NCBI GenBank assembly: GCA_963820825.1
Contig: CAWGBN010000007.1
Coordinates: forward strand, 160,001-224,000
Reading direction: 5' to 3'
DNA: 64,000 nucleotides
From: Vulcanimicrobiota bacterium
GTDB lineage: Bacteria; Vulcanimicrobiota; Vulcanimicrobiia; Vulcanimicrobiales; Vulcanimicrobiaceae
Shown here: positions 58,388 to 64,000 of the stretch, in pieces
How the letters are laid out: every line of letters begins with the position of its first letter
Numbering within the stretch: position 1 is the first letter of the stretch
Translations under genes and position numbers: made by a program
Notes under the pieces: generated by a model
Seen by the model: only the letters and a program-made list of their open reading frames with translations
Database searches by the model: none
What the model was told of the DNA's origin: nothing

Positions 58388-60088
58388 TAGAACGTCTTTC
58401 CTTGCATGACGAGCAGATGTTCGACGATCGGCCCGAGCGAATCGGCCGGGAGGAAGGTGAGCGCACCGACGATGACGATGACGCCGAGAAGCAGCGCGAC
58501 GAAGATCGGCGAGTGCGTCGAGAACGTGCCGAAACTTTCGGGCACCGATTTCTTGCCGGCTAACGCCCCCGCTAGGGCAAGCGCCGGCATGGCGACGGCA
58601 AAACGTCCGAACATCATGTTGACGCCCATCATGAGATTGTAAAACAGATTCGGTCCGAGGCCCGCAAACGCCGAGCCGTTGTTGGCGTTGCTCGAGGTAA
58701 AGGCGTAAAGGATCTCGGAGAACCCGTGCGGTCCAGCGTTATTGAGCGTCGCCAAGCCCGCCGGGAGTACCGCGGCGATCGCCGTCGGCACCAAGCAGAG
58801 TACCGGTGTCACCAGCACCGCCAAAATCGCGAACTGCACCTCACGGCGTTCGATCTTTTTACCGAGGTATTCGGGCGTGCGTCCGACCATCAGGCCGGCG
58901 ATAAACACCGTTAGAACGACGAAGACGATCATGCCGTAAAGGCCGCTGCCGACGCCGCCGAAGACGATCTCGCCGAGTTGCATGTCGACGAGCGGAACGA
59001 GCCCGCCGAGCGGCATGAACGAATCGTGCATCGAGTTGACGGCGCCGCACGACGTGTCGGTCGTCACGGTGGCCCAGAGCGCCGAGGCAGAAATGCCGAA
59101 TCGGCACTCCTTGCCTTCCATGTTCGCACCGGCGGCACCGAGTTGATGGACGATCGGATTACCGGCCGCCTCCGCCCAATATGCGACGCCGAATCCCACG
59201 AAGAAGAGAATCGCCATCGCCGCGAAGATCGCCCAGCCTTGCCGCGTGTCTTTGACCATCTTGCCGTACATGTACGTCAGACCGGCGCCGAGCGAGAAGA
59301 TCAGCAGCAGCTCGATGAGATTGGTCAGCGGATTCGGATTCTCGTTCGGCGAGGCCGAGTTCGCGTTGACGAAGCCGCCGCCGTTGGTACCGAGCTCCTT
59401 GATGACTTCTTGCGACGCCATCGGTCCCCCGGTAATCGTCTGGGCGAAGCCTTCGATCGACTTCACGTCTTCATACGCGTGGAAGTTCTGGGGCATCCCC
59501 TGCGACACCAAGAAGAGACCGACGACGATCGAGATCGGCAGCAGCACGTAGAGCGAGCATCGGGTGAGGTCGACCCAGAAGTTTCCGAGCGTCTTGACGC
59601 TCGTGCGCACCAAACCGCGCACGACGGCCACGGCAATCGCGATGCCGACCGCCGCCGAGACGAAGTTATGCCACGCCAAACCGGCCATTTGCGAGAGATA
59701 GCTCATCGCCGCTCTCGCCGGAGTAAAACTGCCAGTTCGTGTTCGTCGTAAAGCTGACCGCCGTATTCCACGCCAGGTCGGGCGTCATGTTGTCGATGTG
59801 CTGCGGATTGAACGGCAGCCATTTCTGGGTGCGCAGCAGGACGTACAGATAGGCCAGGCCGATCAGCGAAAAGGCGAGCATCGAGAGCGCGTAGACGTAC
59901 CACGCCATCTCCTCGTCTTCGCGCACGCCGCAAAGGCGGTAGATCAGCTTTTCGATCGGAACGAGCACCGGACTCAGCCAGGTGCGGCCGCCCTCGAAGA
60001 CGCGCGCCATGTACGAGCCCAGCGGCTTCGTCAGCGCCAGAATGATTAAAAAGAAGACGATGGCCTGAAGCCATCCGATCGCCGTCAT
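58387..60088 (-). CDS. kdpA: K+-transporting ATPase subunit A (frameshift near 59705)
   Basis: SFTTNTNWQ.YSGE, LGTNGGG, GAVNSMHDS, GRTPEYLGKKI, NNGSAFAG. Confidence 0.95.
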
Positions 60089-60177
60089 CAGAACTTCTCC
60101 GGGCGAAGCATGGCGTAGACGAGATAGACGAGCCCGCCCAACGTCAGAACCAGGCCCAACGCGTCATCGAAACCCAT
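60088..60177 (-). CDS. kdpF: K+-transporting ATPase subunit F
   Basis: MGFDDALGLVLTLGGLVYLVYAMLRPEKF; TGATG overlap with kdpA. Confidence 0.9.
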   Translation of the reverse strand: MGFDDALGLVLTLGGLVYLVYAMLRPEKF

Positions 60178-60179
60178 GG

Positions 60180-60266
60180 CTAAACCTTTTCGCAGCCAAG
60201 AACGTAGAGGTCCAAGAGTGCAAAGCACACAATCGACAGGACCACGATTCCTATCTCGAGCAGCAT
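60180..60266 (-). CDS. 28-aa hydrophobic peptide upstream of kdpF
   Basis: MLLEIGIVVLSIVCFALLDLYVLGCEKV*; stop 2 nt before the kdpF ATG; TATGCT 6 nt before its ATG. Confidence 0.7.
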   Translation of the reverse strand: MLLEIGIVVLSIVCFALLDLYVLGCEKV

Positions 60267-60308
60267 GCACCCAGCATAGCGTAGCGCCCGAGATAGCACC
60301 ACCCGCCA

Positions 60309-60348
60309 ATCGGATGATCCGATGGGACGTCCATGTGGATAATCCGAC
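60309..60348. promoter_or_regulatory. Palindromic operator candidates in the kdp divergent promoter
   Basis: ATCGGA-TGA-TCCGAT (60309-60323) and a second copy TGTGGATAATCCGAC (60334-60348). Confidence 0.55.
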
Positions 60349-60394
60349 CGGCGGCTGCTAGACGCGGGCGTTCCGCCGTATAATCAGGAGCGTT

Positions 60395-61276
60395 ATGATT
60401 GATCACCGTCTCATCGCATCGGTCTACTTGGCGTGGGCCATCGCGGCAAGCGCCGGAGTCGCGCGAGCGCAAGCCGCGCCGAGCCCGCCGCCGTCACCTT
60501 CGCCGGCACCCTCGACTTCGGCGACGCCGAGCGCGCCGAGCGATCCTTGCGGTTCGCTCCTTTCGATCGTTAACAGGCCGACGGTCAGCACGGCCGTTTG
60601 CACCGTGCGCACCGGACACATCGAGCTTGAAAACGGTTACACCAACACGACGACGACCGGCACCCCGGGCGGGAGCAGCGCGCTCTATCCGCAGTCGCTG
60701 CTGCGCGTCGGCACGTTCGATCCGCACCTCGATTTCGAGTTCGGTTTCCCGAATGCGGAGACGTCCTCGGTCGGCCAGTCCAGGATCACGGGCTCGACCG
60801 ACATCAGCTTGGCGTCGAAGTACGAACTCGGATATAGTTCGAGCGGCGATTGGGGCATCTACGGAGCCGTGACGATCCCGACCGGCAGCAACGCGTTCAC
60901 CGCCGGGAACGCGCAGTTCACCGGCGATCTCGACGGCGCGTACACGATCAACTCGGAGTTCAGCTTGGCGGGCACGCTCAGCTTCAACGCTTTGAGCGGC
61001 GCGAACGCGGCCGGTCTCGCGCAGTCGTACTTTGCGTTCATCCCGAGCCTCGAGCTGAGCGCGGCGCTGCCCGGCGGTCCGTCGCAACTCTCGGCTGAGT
61101 ACGCGTACTTCTCGGCGGTAGGGCCGGGCTTGCCGGGGAAGAGCCTCATCGACTTCGTCTATCAGCGGGACTTCGGCACCCACGTGCAGTTTGACGTCGA
61201 GTACGGTTTCTCGCCGACGCTCATCAACGGGCAATCGCAGCATTACGTCGGGGCGGGCCTCTCCTTCATGAACTAG
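60395..61276 (+). CDS. Putative outer-membrane beta-barrel transporter (MetA-pathway/phenol-degradation-like)
   Basis: Signal peptide, Pro-rich linker, NRPT.ST.VCTV..G..ELENGY, PTGS..FT, C-terminal YVGAGLSF. Confidence 0.65.
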   Translation: MIDHRLIASVYLAWAIAASAGVARAQAAPSPPPSPSPAPSTSATPSAPSDPCGSLLSIVNRPTVSTAVCTVRTGHIELENGYTNTTTTGTPGGSSALYPQSLLRVGTFDPHLDFEFGFPNAETSSVGQSRITGSTDISLASKYELGYSSSGDWGIYGAVTIPTGSNAFTAGNAQFTGDLDGAYTINSEFSLAGTLSFNALSGANAAGLAQSYFAFIPSLELSAALPGGPSQLSAEYAYFSAVGPGLPGKSLIDFVYQRDFGTHVQFDVEYGFSPTLINGQSQHYVGAGLSFMN

Positions 61277-61356
61277 CACCGGCGGCCGCGGAGGCGGGAG
61301 AATCGCTGCATTCGGCCAAGGCAAGCCAAGCAAGCTTTCCCAAATCTCCGCGGAGG

Positions 61357-62607
61357 ATGCCGATGCCTGCCACGCAGATGCCCGTCAACGTCGGGAACAC
61401 CGGTTTCATGCTGCTCTGTGCGAGCCTCGTCATGCTAATGACGCCGGGGCTCGCCTTTTTTTACGGCGGCCTCGTACAGCGCAAGAACGTCCTTACGATC
61501 ATGATGCAGAGCTTCATGTCGCTCGGATGGACGACGGTCTTGTGGTTTGCCTTCGGCTATTCGGAGAGCTTCGGCCCCGATTGGCACGGAATCATCGGCA
61601 ATCCGGCCACTTACGCGTTCTTACGCGGCGTGACCCTGCACACGATGTTCACCGGCAACGACGCGGGAATTCCCCTGGTCGTACACATCGCCTATCAGAT
61701 GATGTTCGCGATCATCACGCCCGCGCTCATCACCGGCGCCTTTGCGAACCGCGTCACCTTCAAAGCCTACTTCTGGTTCCTTACCGGCTGGCTGATCTTC
61801 GTCTACTTCCCGTTCGTGCACATGCTCTGGAGCCCGGACGGTATCTTGGCGAAGTGGGGCTGCCTCGACTTTGCCGGAGGGATCGTCGTCCACGCCTCCG
61901 CCGGCTTCGCGGCGCTGGCATCGGTTCTCTACGTTGGACGGCGGCACGTTATCGAGAACAAACCGCACAACGTTCCGTTGATCGCGCTCGGAACGGGCCT
62001 GCTCTGGTTCGGATGGTACGGTTTCAACGCCGGCTCGGAGCTGCGCGTCGACTCGGTCACGGCCTCGGCGTTCCTCAACACGGATATTGCGGCGTCGTTC
62101 GCCGCCATCGCCTGGCTGCTCGTCGAATGGGCTCGCAGCCGTCAACCGAAGTTCATCGGCCTCCTCACCGGCGCGGTCGCCGGATTGGCGACGATCACTC
62201 CCTGTGCCGGCTACGTCTCTCCCACGACCGCCGTCATCGTCGGAATAGCGGCCGGCGTCGTCTGTTATTTTGCGGTCGCGCTGAAGAACAACCTCGGGTG
62301 GGACGACGCGCTCGACGTCTGGGGCGTACACGGAGTCGGCGGGTTCCTCGGCATCGTGCTGCTCGGCGTCTTTGCGTCGACGCTCTGGAACCCCAACGGC
62401 GCCGACGGTCTGCTGCGCGGTAATCCGTCGTTTCTCGGCAAGCAGTTCGTCGCCGCGCTCGTCTGCAGCGCGTGGGCCTTCTGCTTCACCTTCGCGATGT
62501 TGTGGCTGATCAATCTCGTCACGCGGGTCAAGGTCGACGAAGCCGCCGAAGAGCGTGGGCTCGACGTTCACCTGCACGGGGAAGAGGCCTACCCAATCGG
62601 CATCTAG
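61357..62607 (+). CDS. amtB: Ammonium transporter
   Basis: MTPGLAFFYGG, QMMFAIITPAL, DFAGGIVVH, WFGWYGFN, DDALDVWGVHG. Confidence 0.95.
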   Translation: MPMPATQMPVNVGNTGFMLLCASLVMLMTPGLAFFYGGLVQRKNVLTIMMQSFMSLGWTTVLWFAFGYSESFGPDWHGIIGNPATYAFLRGVTLHTMFTGNDAGIPLVVHIAYQMMFAIITPALITGAFANRVTFKAYFWFLTGWLIFVYFPFVHMLWSPDGILAKWGCLDFAGGIVVHASAGFAALASVLYVGRRHVIENKPHNVPLIALGTGLLWFGWYGFNAGSELRVDSVTASAFLNTDIAASFAAIAWLLVEWARSRQPKFIGLLTGAVAGLATITPCAGYVSPTTAVIVGIAAGVVCYFAVALKNNLGWDDALDVWGVHGVGGFLGIVLLGVFASTLWNPNGADGLLRGNPSFLGKQFVAALVCSAWAFCFTFAMLWLINLVTRVKVDEAAEERGLDVHLHGEEAYPIGI

Positions 62608-62610
62608 CCG

Positions 62611-62857
62611 ATGTGTCGTCCTGAGTAGCACGCACCTCCATGTGTCATCCTGAGCAGCGCCCGCACCTGCATGTGTCATCCTGAGCGCAGCGAGCGAAGT
62701 CGAAGGACGAACAAGGGCTCCTAATCCTTTCCGCCGTCCTTGGACTGCGCCGCTTCGCAAAGCTCAGCGTCGCTCCGCTCAGGATGACACGATTGTGCCT
62801 GCGCGAAGCGCAGTCCTGAGCGAGGCGCAGCGCCGAATCGAGGGATCAGCATGACAC
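62611..62857. repeat. REP/BIME-like palindromic repeat cluster
   Basis: ATGTGTCRTCCTGAG at 62611, 62640 and 62671; the third extends to GTCGAAGGAC; inverted partner GTCCTTGGAC...GCTCAGGATGACAC at 62736-62790; degenerate copy at 62813-62857. Confidence 0.8.
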
Positions 62858-63073
62858 GGAAGAGTTGCGACGTTGCCAGCGATAGACCGCAACGGCGGCC
62901 CAGATTGCTTCGACGATGCCGAATGGCCACGCCCCTTGCAGAAAGCCATAGATCGAGCCGAGCACGCACGCGCCGGCGAACGCCAGGGTAAACCAGCGGC
63001 TTCGCGCCTCGAGCGCGTAGGTAACGAGCATCGCGGCCACCGCCAGCAAACCGAAGCTCGTCAGCGCGTTCAT
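62846..63073 (-). CDS. Small membrane protein
   Basis: MNALTSFGLLAVAAMLVTYALE...YGFLQGAWPFGIVEAIWA; ATGA overlap with the antiporter. Confidence 0.75.
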   Translation of the reverse strand: MNALTSFGLLAVAAMLVTYALEARSRWFTLAFAGACVLGSIYGFLQGAWPFGIVEAIWAAVAVYRWQRRNSSVSC

Positions 63074-64000
63074 CGTAAGCGACGTCCTAGGGCGACGCGC
63101 TTGACGACCGGCACGATCGTTAGACTTGCGGCCGCCAACGTCGCTAGCGCGACGGCAAAGGTTGCGTCGATGATCGCTTCGCGGTACGGAACCGAAGCCG
63201 GAATCGCGAGCGCCAGCGCGAGCGAGAGTGCGCCGCGCATTCCGGCGACGCGCACCACGTCGACCCACTCGCGCGGATAGGGACCGAGCAAGAGAAATCC
63301 GGCGACGACGATACGGGCGACGGCGATCGCGGCGAGACAGGCAATGGTAAAGCCCGGCTGCTCGATGACGCGCCCGAGCTGCAGCGCCGCACCGACCATG
63401 AAGAAGACCAGCACGTTGGCGAACAGCGCTGCGAGATCCCAAAAGCGACCGACGTCCTCCGCGAGACGCAGCGTAATCCACGAGCGCTCGAAGTAACGAA
63501 AGGCGATGCCGAACGCAATCGTCGCAAAGATGCCCGAGAGCGCGAGCGCGTCGGCGGCGAAGTAGGCTCCGTAGGCACCCGCGATCGTGGCCGCGATTTG
63601 AATCCTCGCGCGATTGCTGCCGCGCAGCAGCTGCGCCGCGAGAAACGCGATCGCGACTCCGAGCGCGATGCCGCCAACGACTCCGCCCGCCGTCTTCAAA
63701 GCAACGAGTGCGGTCGCTCCGGCGCTCGCCGTACCAACCGCGAGCGCCACGAGCACGGCGCGATAGAGCGCGACCGCGACGGCGTCGTTGAAGAGCGACT
63801 CGCACTCGACGATCGTCACCAGCGTCTTAGGAACCTTCAGCTGGCGAAAGACCGCGACGACGGCAATGGGATCGGTCGCGCTCAAGATGGCGCCCGCGAG
63901 CAGCGCCGGCCCGAACGGAACGCGCACGACGGCGAGTGCGCCGGCTACGATGACCGCGGTGAGCAGCACGCCCGGTCCGGCGAGCGCCGCGATCGCGATC
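63070..64000 (-). CDS. Cation:proton antiporter, CPA1 family (5' end outside the window)
   Basis: SATDPIAVVAVF, ESLFNDA, GMRGALSLALAL. Confidence 0.88.
   Translation of the reverse strand, partial: IAIAALAGPGVLLTAVIVAGALAVVRVPFGPALLAGAILSATDPIAVVAVFRQLKVPKTLVTIVECESLFNDAVAVALYRAVLVALAVGTASAGATALVALKTAGGVVGGIALGVAIAFLAAQLLRGSNRARIQIAATIAGAYGAYFAADALALSGIFATIAFGIAFRYFERSWITLRLAEDVGRFWDLAALFANVLVFFMVGAALQLGRVIEQPGFTIACLAAIAVARIVVAGFLLLGPYPREWVDVVRVAGMRGALSLALALAIPASVPYREAIIDATFAVALATLAAASLTIVPVVKRVALGRRLR

Noticed and set aside
60267..60394. c-di-AMP (ydaO) riboswitch upstream of kdp
   Set aside because: The spacer is short and lacks the recognisable ydaO consensus; the transcript appears leaderless
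62611..62700. Possible mini-CRISPR array
   Set aside because: Period is only 29-31 nt, the intervening sequences resemble each other (CGCACCT), an inverted copy follows, and there are no cas genes

Overview
High-GC bacterial chromosomal segment. The gene style suggests Vulcanimicrobiota/Ca. Eremiobacterota (Ca. Cybelea-like): many Cys-rich lipoprotein beta-propellers, three phosphoesterase lipoproteins and an HTH-TPR-like regulator next to a lipoprotein. That assignment is inference only. Housekeeping genes: tmRNA, tRNA-Pro(CGG), uvrC, metC-like, mgtA, aqpZ, amtB and kdpFABC. There are two ECF sigma/anti-sigma pairs and many transport, stress and secreted-protein genes. I saw no integrase, transposase, prophage or CRISPR array. 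Many genes at about 2.8-8.2, 12.4, 31.5-32.4, 40.3-40.9 and 49.7-59.7 kb carry small indels, most likely long-read consensus errors, so their boundaries are approximate. Most notable observations: (1) a half-unit of an intergenic REP-like palindrome sits in frame just after the lipobox Cys in two unrelated lipoprotein genes; (2) the Kdp control module is rewired, with a soluble tandem KdpD-N/USP protein, a separate TM-GAF histidine kinase, a NarL/LuxR regulator instead of KdpE, a palindromic operator candidate and an unannotated 28-aa peptide before kdpF; (3) a SigK-like promoter motif is shared by the sigma gene and an uncharacterised secreted target; (4) an HTH-TPR regulator, a direct-repeat operator candidate and a lipoprotein form a compact module; (5) an orphan AcpA-type gene relic lies next to a phosphoesterase gene; (6) the tmRNA has a non-canonical T-loop.
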